Program-made: the position numbers and the translations under genes | Source of the DNA: Selaginella moellendorffii | Lineage: Eukaryota > Plantae > Lycopodiophyta | NCBI RefSeq assembly: GCF_000143415.4 | Contig: NW_003314305.1 | Coordinates: forward strand, 1,460,834-1,524,833 | Reading direction: 5' to 3' | DNA: 64,000 nt | Notes under the pieces: generated by a model | Databases searched by the model: none | What the model saw: the letters and a program-made list of their open reading frames with translations, nothing else | Told to the model about the DNA's origin: nothing | Shown: piece after piece, positions 23,262-36,777 of the stretch | Numbering within the stretch: the stretch's first letter is position 1 | Layout: the number at the start of each line of letters is the position of its first letter

Positions 23262-25169
23262 TCAACACGGTGATCTAAATCCCATGTAGTCACCCCGCTC
23301 ATACTGCTTCCACACGTCCATCCCCCCAAAACCAGCCATGAGAAGCGCGCTCAAGCCCATGACACTGGTCACCAAGAACACGATGATGGACGCGCGGCCA
23401 TACCTCTGGATGGCTCTTTGCACCACCAAAAGCCCCACCAGCGAGAAGACGAAGCAAATCCCCGAGAACCACAGCGCAAACTCCACCGGGATCCTTCCCA
23501 TGAGCCAGTACTGTGCCACCGACAGGGACGACGAGAAGAACACCATGAACGCGCTCGTTGCAGCCGTCACCTGGTAAGGAGAACGAAGAGTGAAGCTCCA
23601 TCACGATGGAGGAGGAGCGATGAAACGAGGAGAGTAACGTTACCTGAGGCGGCATTCCCATCTCCAGAAGAATGGGACTGATGAGCATCCCGCCGCCGAT
23701 TCCCAGCAAGCCACCCAAAATCCCCGCTAGCAATGCCATTAGTGGAAGCGTGAGGTGTGCCCTGTTGGATCGCGACGAGTTCCACTTGCTCGGGTTCTGG
23801 ATAGATATACGCAAATAACGAAGTCATGAAAAGCCAAGAACAGTATCATAGTTTGCATGGAAAAAGCTGCGAACGAAATCAAAGCTTGTGTAATGACGAG
23901 AGAAATGGAAAGGCGCGCAGTGGAGAGATTCGGGCAGCCGAGAAAGCATTCAGGACAAAAGAGAAACAATAAACCAATCAACCAACATTTGTCCTAGAAA
24001 AGTTCCAGCAACAAACAAACTCTTAGCACTCGAGACAAGGAACTTCACGTCCGATTGACACGACTACTGACACAAGGCACAGATAACCGGAAGATTTGTG
24101 ATCTTCTACCAGGAAGACGATAAAAATGAATGAATTGGAGATGAGAGCTTACCTTTACAGTGGACACGGTGGTTTCCCGGATCGTCCAAACCGTGAAAAG
24201 GAGCGTGAGAGGGAGCTGCGATCCCGTGATAAGCCAGTATCCCAAGCCACATTCGTCCAAATGGAAGTATCCCTGAGTCAAAATCTAGCTCTTAAGACGA
24301 GAGAATCGAGAAAGAGAGAGAAAAAGAAAGGACCTTACCTCGCTTGTCTTGCTGCCTCGCAAGAGCTGCACGGCGAAGAAGAAGAGCCAGACGAGCAGCA
24401 ATCCCGCGAGCTTGAGAGCTGGAAACCCTACGGAGCAGCACCCGAGCTTCTCTGAATCGGGAGCTCCCTCCTCTGGCGGATCCATGGCGGCAGCGGCGGC
24501 GCGGGGACGACGATGGGGAATTTCGGCGGAATCGAGAAGCGGAGCCTCGGCATCGTGATATTTCGCGCTCTTGCCCTCTCCATCGCTGGAATTGGAGCCG
24601 GATTCGGCCTTCCAGAGGCGAAATCCGCAGTTGAAGCTCCGGAATGTGACGAACGCGAGCGTGATCGTGAGGAGGAGCGTGATGAGCCAGCCCGGGAACA
24701 TGAGATTGCAAAGAACGCCCAGGCTGATCCCCAGGAGCATGTTTGGCTGCATGAGGAGCGCGGCATCGAAATCTATGAGCGGCCGCTCGTCGTCGAAGGG
24801 ATCCCGCTGGAAGGCGCTCCACATCATGTTGGCGATCATGCCGCCGAAGATCATGAAATTGGAGAGCACCGCCGCGGTCCTGGTGTTGAATCGCAGCAAC
24901 AGATTGAAGAGGGGAACGTAGAGGCCGCCGCCGCCGATCCCTCCCGCGCTGGAGACCGCGGCGCCGATTGCCCCGAGAATGGAGGCGATGATCGTCCTGG
25001 CGTCGGTGAAATCGACGAGACGTGCCTCGCTGCCATCGCGAAGCAGATTTGGCGAGAAATTCCGGGGGGAGGAGGAGGAGGATAATCTGCCCGCGGCGGC
25101 AGCGATGCACGCGATGAGCGCGAGGGATGCGCCGGCGCCACAGCAGAAACGGTACAGATTGGAGCTCAT
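23262..25169 (-). CDS. Sulfite exporter TauE/SafE family membrane protein
   Basis: SSAGGIGGGGLYVP, IDFDAALLMQPNMLLGIS, GILGGLLGIGGGMLISP, TAATSAFMVFFSSSLS, C-terminal YMGFRSPC. Confidence 0.92.
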
Positions 25170-25283
25170 TACCGCGCCTCTCTTTCTTTCTTCCTCTTTC
25201 TCTGTGTTAGCCCTAGAAAGAGTTTTATGATTAGGGCAAGAAACAATTTTGAAAATGCTATTAACCAATATTTAACGAATTGT

Positions 25284-25355
25284 GTGGCTGTAGTTTAGTG
25301 GTAAGAATTCCACGTTGTGGCCGTGGAGACCTGGGCTCGAATCCCAGCAGCCACA
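25284..25355 (+). tRNA. tRNA-His(GTG)
   Basis: GTGGCTG/CAGCCAC acceptor stem, anticodon arm CCACG-TTGTGGC-CGTGG, T-run downstream. Confidence 0.95.
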
Positions 25356-25625
25356 TCACTCTTTAATTTGTTTTCACTAAAAGCTTGATCGCCTAGGTTA
25401 AGAGCCTTGAGCTAGGCCGGCTTATACTTGAAATTTTTAGAGGTCAGTTTATTATTGTATATAATTAAGACTTGAAACTATGAAATAAAGAATATTAAAT
25501 TTAAAATTATATTAGAAATAATAATTAGTGTGAAAATGTTATGCCCAAAATTAGGCTGCTGCGATTCGAGCCGAGGTTCTCCACACATCTTATTATTTAG
25601 TTCAAAACAAAGCAGTTTAAAAATA

Positions 25626-25697
25626 TATCGGAGCCAGGTTTCGATCCTGGGACCTGTGGGTTATGGGCCCACCACGCTTCCGCTGCGCCACTCCGAT
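25626..25697 (-). tRNA. Initiator tRNA-Met(CAT)
   Basis: Minus strand ATCGGAGTGGCGCAGCGGAAGCGTGGTGGGCCCATAACCCAC...GGATCGAAACCTGGCTCCGATA; A1:U72 pair and GATC T-loop typical of eukaryotic initiators. Confidence 0.95.
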
Positions 25698-25829
25698 TCT
25701 CTTTTCTCTTATCTTTTTTGGCTTATATTTCAGCGCGCCAGTGTTATTAACTTCGATATCTTAGCAAAAGTTCCTTAAATATTGTGACTTAGCAAAGTAA
25801 CGCGTTTCTTCGCCCCTCTCTCATTCGCG

Positions 25830-27052
25830 ATGGCGAGAGACACGAAGAAGTGCCACATGTGGCAGTGTTGTTCTTCCTGTGAATCTTAGTGCTCTGGTAG
25901 CTGGAGTTGGATCATCGTCGTCAACCAGCGCTCCAGAGGTAAACTTTGCTTCTACTTTTGTTGTCTCGATGACTTTCCGTCCTAGCAGTTCCAATCGCCT
26001 GTACCATGAAACCACTCGTCTCGTCCGCTTTGCCAAGCACCAAAGCCTTGTGGAGCTTCTCATAGTCTCGAGAGAAACATTTGACAGGCTGCAAATCCCA
26101 GCCGCCGTCATGTTCGAAAGGAGCTCGTCGCTGTTCCACTGGACCATGCTCGAGGACTGCTCTTCCAAGTTTCGCGTGCCAAAGTTCGTGATCGTGAGCA
26201 GCAGCAGCCAGCCATTTCCTCGCTGAATGTACTGACATTGTTTCCTTCTCTTCCAGATCTCCTGACACCCGGTGGTTGATACTTCCCCGCTGCTCGTTGC
26301 AGGAATGGAGACCTGTGTATGATCTCGCACGGCTCGAGCTCCTCGAACGCCACAAGCACCACCTTTGTTTCGGGGCCTCACATCGAAAGGTGGCTCCAGC
26401 GAGATGTACAGTTCGAGGCCAGCTTTGGTGTCGATCCGCAACTTCACCAGCATGTTTTCCAACTTGATACCGAGGTGCGGGCTCGAGAGAACGTTCTGAC
26501 GCGGAACCGAGAAATCACCTCCCGGTGCTTGAAAATTCGAAAGTTGTGATAATGATGATGCGCGGAGCTTCTCGGCAGAACGACTTCGATGCCTGAGATT
26601 GTCGTCAAAGAAGCGGCTGTGGTGCTCGAGAGTTACTTACTTGCATGCCTAACGCAGCACAGTCGGCAACTCATTCTCATCCGGGTGCAGTGTGACGACT
26701 TACAAGCTCGCCACCAAGCATAAACCCGAAGTCTCTCCCTTCGAGCGGATGGTGTAGAACGGAATCCAGCACGTAATGCTCCAAACCCAGCGAAGGATGA
26801 AGCCTTGCATCTCCAAGCTCATCGCTGGCAGCTTGAAGGGCGATCCGAGCGTTTCCGACTACGAGGATATCAAGTCTTCCTGTTCTCGAGCAGCAGGATT
26901 GCGACGACAAAGAAGATGGCGCGACTAAGATTCGAAGCCGGAGTCGTTGTGGAGCTCTGTGTCTATCTCCTCAACCAAGCCTGCTACGATGCCAAGGACG
27001 TGACCCTCCTCGCCATGTATAAGGGACAGAGGTTGGCGGAGCACAGCTTTGA
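25830..27052 (+). pseudogene. Second eroded ZNFX1-like copy (PB1 region plus helicase motif II-IV region) with internal micro-inversions
   Basis: Starts ATGGCGAGAGACACGAAG like the intact gene and keeps intron 1; matches YHETTRLVRF, SPFERMV, QTQRRMKPCISKLI, VVELCVYLLNQACYDAKDVT; contains stops and frameshifts. Confidence 0.88.
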
Positions 27053-27299
27053 AACATAGGTCTGTCGAAGGTTTAGCTGAATGTCAAAGTTGAAGAAAGC
27101 TTTCATCGATGAATAGTTCAAAACCCTCGGTCAGCTCCAGGTACGATAGTTTTTTTTTTATAAAAAATTGAAGTACTGCACACTTTATCACCCAGTACAA
27201 TCATTCCACCAAGTTGGGGGAGCGGAGGCTCCCCTTATGTTCATCCACAAGCTAGGCCTACCTCGTAGCCATTCAAGGAGAAGCAACGAGCCTTCTTTA

Positions 27300-29050
27300 A
27301 TTCCCTCAGATGAGAGGGACTTAGTCCCCTCATATAGGAGGGGTTAAATCCCCTCAATAGTCAATCTGTTAATCCTTAAGTCACATTCCTTGTGACTTGC
27401 CACACCAGTCCTATTCAGCTAGAGGCGGCCTTACAGCCAAGCCACTAACTATAACATCCTGTCACATTGCATCGATGAGGAAAGGTCCAAAGGCTGTCCA
27501 TTGGCCTACCTTAAAGTAAGATTGGCTCTGATACCACATAAAACAGACTCGAGGTCGGATAACCTACCCCCACCCCTAAGTTCTCCATCCAGCCAGCCTG
27601 GCCTCCTAAGAGGAATCAGCCTCAGACCAGGCCCCATATAGTGAAAGTTTCATTCAATGCGAAAGTTCACTTAGTCACGTTTGTGACTTCATGGCTCCAT
27701 CCAAGCATCAAGTCCCATCTTTAGCCTAAAGGACATCTAAGATGTCCTTAGATGCATTTCTGGGTCTCTCATACCCAACCGAACTCCCTTAGTTGGTCTT
27801 TGCTCCTACTTAACCGTGTCGGGTCACTTTCTCTCTACCTGACCGGGTCATACCAGACCAAACAGGTCACATTGGGTTCATCTGTGCCTCACCGAGTCCT
27901 ATCGGGTCCATATGGGTCATGTTGACAATACCCAATACTTAACGGGTCCAAATGTGGCACCTGTAGCCCACTCAGGGCTCCTGAAGGGTCAAGGAGGTCA
28001 CTTCTCCAAAGACAAGCCCTCGAGATCCAAGACAGTCCACTACGGGACTTATCTGGGACACCAAGTCCATATACTTTGGTTTGTGACCTCAAGGCAAACA
28101 TCTAAGGGTCATGAGAGGGGTCCTCTAGCCACCCACGAGCTTGAACTCACTCAAGGACTAAGTCCCCAGACTAATGTCTGTCCATCCGATCATCTGACAT
28201 GTTCAAGCTCACTTCCCCTCTCTACAGGTTGTTACACTAACCCGTTTGGTCACTAAGTCCCACCATGCTTACATTGGTCCCACAATATGTCTTGGTCTGG
28301 AGCTCCATTAGCCCACACAAGAAGGCTAAGTCCATTCGTCCATATCCATCTCCCATTTGATTCATATTCCTCATTCCGGGCCTGAGTCTATGTTTAAGTC
28401 CTCAACAACTTACACAAGTCCAGCTATGGCTCTTTGTGCTCGAGTCCTCAACAACTTACACAAGTCTAGCTATGGCTCTTTGTGTTCGAGTCCTCAACAA
28501 CTTACACAAGTCCAGCTTCTAGACTTGTCATTTGAGGCTTGGAACCCTCCATCCAAGCCCTAAGGGCACGAGCATGGGTCTCATCCCCTCCATAACGTGT
28601 TTCTCGATCCATGTGATCGCCACTCTATGAGTAGAATGAGTCTAGAACTCAAGGATGAGGAACCTGACCCACCTCCAGCTCACTCGCTGCCTTCATCCAC
28701 ATCAAGAGCACCATAAGCCATGTCAGGCCCAATCAGGCCCCCATAACAAGTGGAACATGGCCTAGACAAGGGTTAACGACAAACAAGTTCGGGCTCCAAA
28801 ATGGATCTCAAATCACCCAGCTAGATTCACCAACCATGTTAGATTCAGTGACTTCGGGTAGTTCAGGAGTTCCCTTCCCAACCGGGGGACTCTCTCCATA
28901 ATAATCACTTACATGTGACCACGAACCCCCCCCAACAGAGAAAATAAGTCTTGGGATAGCATACAATGTTCTAGCCTTTTAGAGAGAGAATCTTTAAATG
29001 GCTATAACTCTCACCACAGGTGTTTGTTTGACATGGGAGTGGTGCTGTTG
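27300..29050 (-). mobile_element. Probable LTR-retrotransposon relic with tRNA-iMet primer-binding site
   Basis: TGGTATCAGAGCCAA on the minus strand at 27522-27536. Flanks are non-coding and repeat-like; boundaries and a clean TG..CA LTR were not resolved. Confidence 0.45.
28396..28518. repeat. 46-bp tandem repeat, about 2.6 copies
   Basis: Unit gagtcctcaacaacttacacaagtc(c/t)agctatggctctttgtg(c/t)tc. Confidence 0.85.
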
Positions 29051-30337
29051 GATTCGTCTCACTCTAAACTTCAAGAATATTTCATTTTTAATCTAATTTA
29101 AAATACTTGAAAATCCATGATATTTCCTTTTAGCTAAGTTTAGTGTTATGCTTCATAAATGTTTAGACACCAAGGGGGTAATCAATGTATTCAAAAATAT
29201 AATAAATTATATTCATCACATTACAAATATTTATGTTAAATTAAACATGAAAATATTTTTATTTTGCTACTAGCTAGCAGCAAAAATGTGGCAGCAGTTA
29301 GAGTGCCAGCAGTCAAAGTGTTGATTGTCAAAGTCATAGTAGTGAAAATGTATCAAGCTAGCACGTTTGTCAAAAAAATTAAGTTTTGAATAAAATATCT
29401 TCATCCACATCAACAAACCTAAGTGGATGGGCAATAATAGCAATCTTGCATTAGTTTCATAACAATAATTAACATGTAGCAACAACAACAATACAAATAT
29501 GGGTAGAATGAAATATAAGTATGTATGAAGGTTGGTTTTAGCTGTGCACACTATTGCTACCATTACAATAATGTAATAGTGTAGCTATATTATGCACAAT
29601 TAAAGACATCCATTACATTTCTTCATCCTTCAAATTTTTTTACTTCTTATATAGTTAATAGAATAAATTTTCCATGTAATAATAGGTATTGTTACATTGA
29701 AATAAATTAGACAATGATAACACCCTTGCTTTGGCTTTACAACAACACTCAACATGTAACATCAACACAAACAACATGAATAAAGTGAAAAATAAGTTTG
29801 AAATGAAAGTTTGGGTTATCACCATACATTTTAAGTTCCTAAATTTATAATTTTTTAGATTTCTTATTTATAAATTACTCTATTCTTTTTCAAAATTTCT
29901 TTATTCTTTTTATTAAATATATGGTAAATGAAATATTGAATAAAAGTATTTATCATCAAGCCTTGGTAAATAACTTTACTTCTACTGTTATAAATATCCT
30001 TTGCCATAGCAAGAGTTTAAGGTTTTTCGGGCCTATGTAATTCTAAAGATTACATATTTCAACAATGAAATATTAGGTCTATCATAACTTCATGTGTGTC
30101 AAGTATATTTTTATGTCTAAGAATTATGTTATTGTATGTTAAATAAGTTTCAGAGAGAAACATTATGAGTAATTTATATCTGTTCAAATATATTAAATTT
30201 TAAGTATGTTGAACATATTTTATCGGCATCTAAATATATTAGCTAATCATGTAGTATGTTTCATTGTTTATGAAATATGTTGTTGTAAGTTTTCTGAGCT
30301 TGAAAGATATGCAATTTAAATATTGCATCGATGTTGC

Positions 30338-30347
30338 TATATATATA

Positions 30348-30388
<41 letters not shown>

Positions 30389-30475
30389 ATATATGTATGT
30401 ATATGTGTATGTATATATATGTATATGTATATGTATGTATATGTATATGTATATGTATGTATATGTATATGTATG

Positions 30476-30510
<35 letters not shown>

Positions 30511-30692
30511 GTATGTATATATATATGTATATGTATGTATATATATATGTATATGTATGTATATATATATATATGTATGTATATATATATGTATGTATAT
30601 ATATATATATATGTATGTATATATATATATATATGTATGTATATGTATATGTATGTGTATATATATGTATGTATATGTATGTATGTATATGT

Positions 30693-30725
<33 letters not shown>

Positions 30726-30979
30726 TATATGTATATGTATATATATATGTATATGTATATATGTATATGTATATGTATATATATATGTATATGTATATAT
30801 GTATATGTATGTATGTGCGCACACACACACGTGTGCGCACGCACACACACACGCGTGCGCACGCACACACACACGCGCGCGCACGCACACACACACGCGC
30901 GCGCACGCACACACACACACATATACACACACACATATATATATATATACACACACACATATGTATATATACACATATA

Positions 30980-31072
<93 letters not shown>

Positions 31073-31440
31073 ATATATGTATATATGTATGTGTATATAT
31101 GTATATATGTATGTGTGTATGTATATATGTATGTGTATATATATATATATGTATGTGTGTATATATATATATATGTATGTGTGTATGTATATATGTATGT
31201 GTGTATATATATATATGTATGTGTGTATATATATATATGTATGTGTGTATATATATATATATATGTATGTGTGTATATATATATATATATGTATATATAT
31301 GTATGTGTGTATATATATATGTGTATATATGTATATATGTGTATGTATATATGTATACGTGTGTATATATATGTGTATATATGTATATCTATATGTGTAT
31401 ATATGTGTATATGTATATATGTATGTATGTATGTATGTAT
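30338..31440. repeat. Compound (TA)n/(TG)n/(TATG)n/(CA)n microsatellite, about 1.1 kb
   Basis: Direct inspection. Confidence 0.98.
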
Positions 31441-34400
31441 AAAATAGTACGTGACCTACACTTTTTTTACATATTAAATTTGTATTTGAATATATATATC
31501 GCATATTTTATATCATACAAAATATCCAAGGCATAAGGATTTTTGTACCATTCTTTAGTCGTCATCGGTCAAATGTTAAATCCATACATCTCTATCAACC
31601 TAGCTAGCTACATCAGATGCAATTTGTTAGCCTCTTACTTTAGAAAATTTTCAAGTCTTTATTGTCAAAAAATTAATATGTTGCAGTCCACTCGAAATAA
31701 GTTTTAATAGTTCTTCAGTAAAAAATAATATATACATGCTACAATCAAGTCCATTTTGTTAAGTTAGGACTTCTATATTAGCATAATTTAAATTCACAAA
31801 CTTGAACTTCAATCACAACTTATACTTCATCTTTGACTATAAAATTTAAAGAAAAAAACAATTTCTAACATTATTAATTCATACAAATATGAAAATTTAC
31901 CTCTAATGCCTAACCTAACATTTTAAATTATCTTTTATATGTGTCTTGGGCAAACAATTAAAGTGAAGAATATAAATAAATCTAACTTCATCCAACAAAC
32001 CACCAAACTCTAATGAGAAAGTGCACAAATTAGCACAATGAGTTATTATGTATTTTTGCTCATAACAAGTCAACACTTAATTAGCTTGTATGCTTTCAAA
32101 AAGTTTTTTGTATAGAAATACCAAATTTTTTAGCAATTAAAGTAAGTTAAAATGAATTTACCTTTCTCCCTGTTGCACTCGTTATACAAGATGTGTATTT
32201 TTGTCTACCAAAAACTACTACAACATAAAATAGAAAAGGCTTCATAATTGATTTTCAGCCAAATAAAATCAATTAAAAACAACAAATAAAATTATTTAAA
32301 AATAGAAAACTTAGAAAATCAAAATTTACCATGCACATGTGCTCACAATCTCATCGTTTAGCGAAAGCCTTTTATCATCCTTAAGGCACCATAATTTTGT
32401 AGGTTGCAACACAGTCAACATGTCCCTTGTCAATGACAGCTTCTCTAATTTTTAAGTTGTCTTACTTTTCAACTACCTTGATCAGTTAGTTTTAAAATGC
32501 ATATCGTAAAACAAATGCATGAATGTACTTGTTGTTGGTTTTGCAATTTTGTAGCTTCCTCAGTTACTTATATTATTGCTTTAACTTCAAGTCTTTTTTG
32601 TTCACTTCAACAAAGGTATTTTCCAATAATTTATCAAGTGATGAGTATATTTTCTCAAGGAGTAGTTACAGAATTAATCAAAACTGAAATGTTAAATGCG
32701 TTGAGTTACCTTACTCTGGAGTTCCCCTTGGCTACACTAACAACTTTGGACCAAGAATTATAACTCTGAATAGAACATTTCATAGACCAATCAACTGGCA
32801 ACTTCATCTGTGTATTCCATCTTAGAGTTGCGGTATGTACAATTTGCGAGTTCTTCTGAAGCATTTATTCCTAGACTTCCTCATCACTCACACTCGCAAT
32901 CTAACCCTCTTCTCTATTTCTACAGCCTTCCCTTTGTGTTGAGGAAATTGATGGAAAAAACACAGCTATGGAGAGTATAGCTGCTCCAAGCCTTTCATTG
33001 CAAGCTCTAGGAGCTTGTATTGCGGCAAATGGGCATGAGGTTTTTGTTCTGGTTTAGGCGCCACTGTGGCACATGACTTGAGTGGTAACAACTTTGAAGG
33101 TTTAGTGCTTGTTTCTTTGATTGGTGACCTCCTGAGGGGGGAGGAAGCTGTATATTTGTTTGTTCTAACAAATGAATCAGCTTAATCTTAAAACTTGAGA
33201 TGCATATGTACGAGATAAGCATTCACATAATGTTCCTCCCGCCAAGCCTTCTGATGAGCTTCATCTAAGGCCAAAAGCTGATTGTGTCGAGCATGAAGTT
33301 GCTCCTAATGAGCAAGACGAATCCATTCTTGAACTTAGAATTGTTTGTAACACACATATAGGGCATTGCTTTGTTTAACAAGAGCATAATTAGAAATCAT
33401 TTCATTTAAGTGAGTACAGTCAATTGCAAGAATGGAAGATCTGAAGTACTTGTTTTTCATCTTTCTAGTCATTTTGTTATTTTAGCCCATGTGTACTAGT
33501 TTTTTAAAATCTAGTTTGAATTAAAAACTAAATATTATTTGTTGTGTGAGGGCCAAGTGTATGGCTACGATGCCGTATACTAATATTAGTGTAGTGGGAT
33601 TTGGTAGCCGTCGGATTGGTTTCAATCCGGACCACTCACTCTTGTATATAAGCTAGAGTTTTTGGGTTAATTGATATGCACATTTCTGTATTCCCTTTCC
33701 ATATTCCATGCACTCACATTAGTGGAGGTGAGGGGCACCTTTGATTGTCCCTGAAGAGTGTTTGGATTTGGGATTTTGGTTTAGATTTATCTTTTGCATC
33801 GTCTAGATCTAGCTGTAAGCAACTAATTTTTTCCATTCTACTTTAGTCACTTAACCGCACCTCCAACCACTTGGAGGAGTCTCATTCACAACCTCCATAA
33901 GTCCCTCTCAGGACTTGGGGTTTGTTAGCCCTAAGAATAGCATCCATGCCACTCAACCTTTGCACTTGGTCCAAGTGCTCCACGTGTCCGGTCCCATGAC
34001 TGACACCCCAAGGCACCACCAATGTACCAGCCCATTACGCTAGGCCATGCCTAATTACCGTGGTTACATCGGTGGTCCAACACCACCTGCATTGCAATCC
34101 CGTCTCTCCAAGACTAGGCCATCCATCTATGAGTGGTTATCCCAGATCCACTCCTTAGCATCCTTAGGATGCCCGCAGACATGGGGAATAACCTTCCCCA
34201 ATATCTCCTTTCTGGTCCCCACCAAATCCCTTTCTGTCCTTGGCCGTGTTCGCCAACACTGCCACTGAATCAAGGCCTACAGGCCCGACCATTAAGTCCC
34301 ACGGTCCTTTAGGATTTCCTCACCGCACGATTGTATCCTTGGTCACTACACCAGAGAACTACTCCTCTTCCTTTCCACAGTCTGGGCCTTTGGGACAACA

Positions 34401-34816
34401 TTTCGGAACACCGTGGCCTTATGCAAGCCTCGTGGGTACTCTCCCCGCCTTTCGCCTTTGGGTGCTCTAACCATGGGCTTAGAGCGAGGTTCCATTGAGC
34501 CACGCCTAGTATCCAAGTAGGTAGTGCCACCCACACTTGGACTGGGAGCATCGGCCAGTCGATCTCCCGGGGGAACTAGAGCCGGCTCTTGAATACTTCA
34601 CCAAACTACCCCGTTTGTCGGTCTATATTCACTCTAATCTTGGACTTCTCAGTGGTCAGCTCATCACCCAACACTGGGTATGGCCTTCTTGGGCCAAACT
34701 GGCCTTTCCTAGCCAAACTAGCTCCACTGTAGTCCTCCCCCTTACTATACTTTTGGAGCTCACCAAACCCCCCAGGGTCTGGGAAACGAACGCTTTGGGC
34801 TTTCACCCTCTCAAAC

Positions 34817-35411
34817 TTGGACTCGGACTCGGACTTAGACTCGGACTGACTCGGACTCGGACTCGGACTCGGACTCGGACTCGGACTCGGACTCGGCCTC
34901 GGTCTCGGCCTCGGCCTCGGCCTCGGTCTCGGCCTCGGTCCCGATCTTGGTCTCGGTCTCGGTCTTGGTCTCGATCCCGGTCTCGGTCTTGGTCCCGGTC
35001 TCGGTCTCGACCTCGGACTCCATCTCGGGTCCTTCTCGGACTCCGTCTCAGATTCCATCTTGGATCCATCTTGGACTCTGTCTCGGTCCATCTCGGACTC
35101 CATCTCGGGTCCATCTCGGACTCCATCTCGGGTCCATCTCAGACTCCATCTCGGGTCCATCTTAGGTCCAACTCGGACTCCATCTCGGACTCGATCTCGG
35201 ACTCCATCTCGGGTCCATCTCGGGTCCATTTCGGACTCCATCTCGGACTCCATCTCGGACTCCATCTCGGACTCCATCTCAGACTCCATTCGGGTCCATC
35301 TCGGACTCCATCTCGGGTCCATCTCAGACTCCATTTCTGGTCCATCTCGGAATCCATCTCGGGTCCATCTCGGACTCCATCTCGGATTCCATCTCGGGTC
35401 CATCTCGGACA
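34817..35411. repeat. GGACTC hexamer array grading into a 12-mer (TCCATCTCGGAC) array upstream of gag
   Basis: Direct inspection. Confidence 0.92.
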
Positions 35412-36777
35412 CTTCCATGTGTCATGTGTTGGTCCTTTTAGGTCCCTTTTTGGAGCCTCGCTTATTACTCGTTTCGTGCTCGTTCCTCGAGCACTTCGTT
35501 GAGAGTTCCACTCCCACTCTCGACCTTTTCAAGTCGGAGCTTTTATTCCAAACGTGTTACACTCGTTTGGCTTTCACTTCAGCCACTACCATGTGGCACC
35601 CTTCCAGCTCCACTTTGGGGCCTAGGGATTTTGTGTCTCACGCTAGCTTTTTCCATTTCCTTTCTTTTGTTCTTCCCTTTTAGAATTTTGGTTTAGATCT
35701 AGCTTTTTGCATTGTCTAGATCTACCATTTTCTTCTAGCTTTTTGTCATTTCTCTTCTTTTGCTTTTTCTTTTTCGTTCATTTTCATGGCAGATCAGCAA
35801 TCTCCTCCTTTGACTCTAGAGCAACAGTTAGTCCAATTGCTTGATGTTATGCGCTTGCAATTGAACAACCAAACTCAATTGATGGTAGCATTCACGACAC
35901 ATGGTCCAACTCCTCCTGCTCTTGGTGCCAATCCTCGCGTTCCGCCGGAGTTCTTTCGTGGGAATCCTGGGGATGATGTGTACCATTAGTTCGATCACTT
36001 CACGGTGATTACCACATATCATTCTTGGGATGATGCTCGATGTTTGCATGAGTTTCCCACATGTCTCCAAGGGACGGCGTTGCAGTGGTACAATAGATTG
36101 AGCGCGGCCACTTGTGGGGATTGGAGTGTTCTTCCGGACGTCTTCAAACGTGCCTTTGGACATGCCGACGATTGTGATGATGCTTTCCAACAATTGCATT
36201 GTCTTCACCAAGGGCCATCTGAGTCGGTGATGCAATTTAGCATTCGTTTCCGAAGTCTTTTACTTTGTGCGGAGCCTAATATGTCGGAGTGGATCAAGCT
36301 AGGAATGTTGTGGCCAGCACTTTGTCAAGATCTTGTTGGACTTGTGCATGCACTTGCTCCTACCACCCTTGATGATGCTCTTCGCTTGGCACAACATTAT
36401 GAAACGTCGCCTCTTCCACTTCTCGCTGCACATCCTTCAACTCCACTTCCTATGAGTGATGGTCCTGTTCCAATGGAGGTTGATGCTGCTGCTACTCGAG
36501 TCCAAGGACAAAGGCGAGGACGTGGTCGTGGCCATGATGTTCGTTGCTGGGCATGTGATGAAGTTGGTCATACTTATCGGTGTTGTCGGCACTTTCCGGA
36601 TTGGCAACCTCCATTTCCTGGGTGGAGACCTTGGCATCAACAACGTCCCATTGGTGCTATTGCAGTGGAAGGTTTGGACACCACGGTGCACCCGGGAAAC
36701 GAGGAGTCGTGCGAGTAATAGAGGGACCTTGCGCGAATAAGTTAGTGACCCCTTCATTTTTCTTTTGGGAGTATTAT

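Noticed and set aside
28396-28518. Possible CRISPR-like array
   Set aside because: Contiguous tandem units with no unique spacers, no cas genes, eukaryotic context.
30239-31536. Several 200-420 aa Y/I/H/T/C/V/M-rich ORFs
   Set aside because: Translations of a purine-pyrimidine microsatellite that cannot form stop codons; the same applies to 40569-41321.
32160-32480. Minus-strand LNDEIV resembling a Ulp1 protease motif; exon-like pieces also at 42310-42850
   Set aside because: Too short and too degenerate to support a call.
34537-35502. Long ORFs on both strands with RS/RP/MESE repeats
   Set aside because: Products of stop-free 6- and 12-mer arrays; no recognisable domain.
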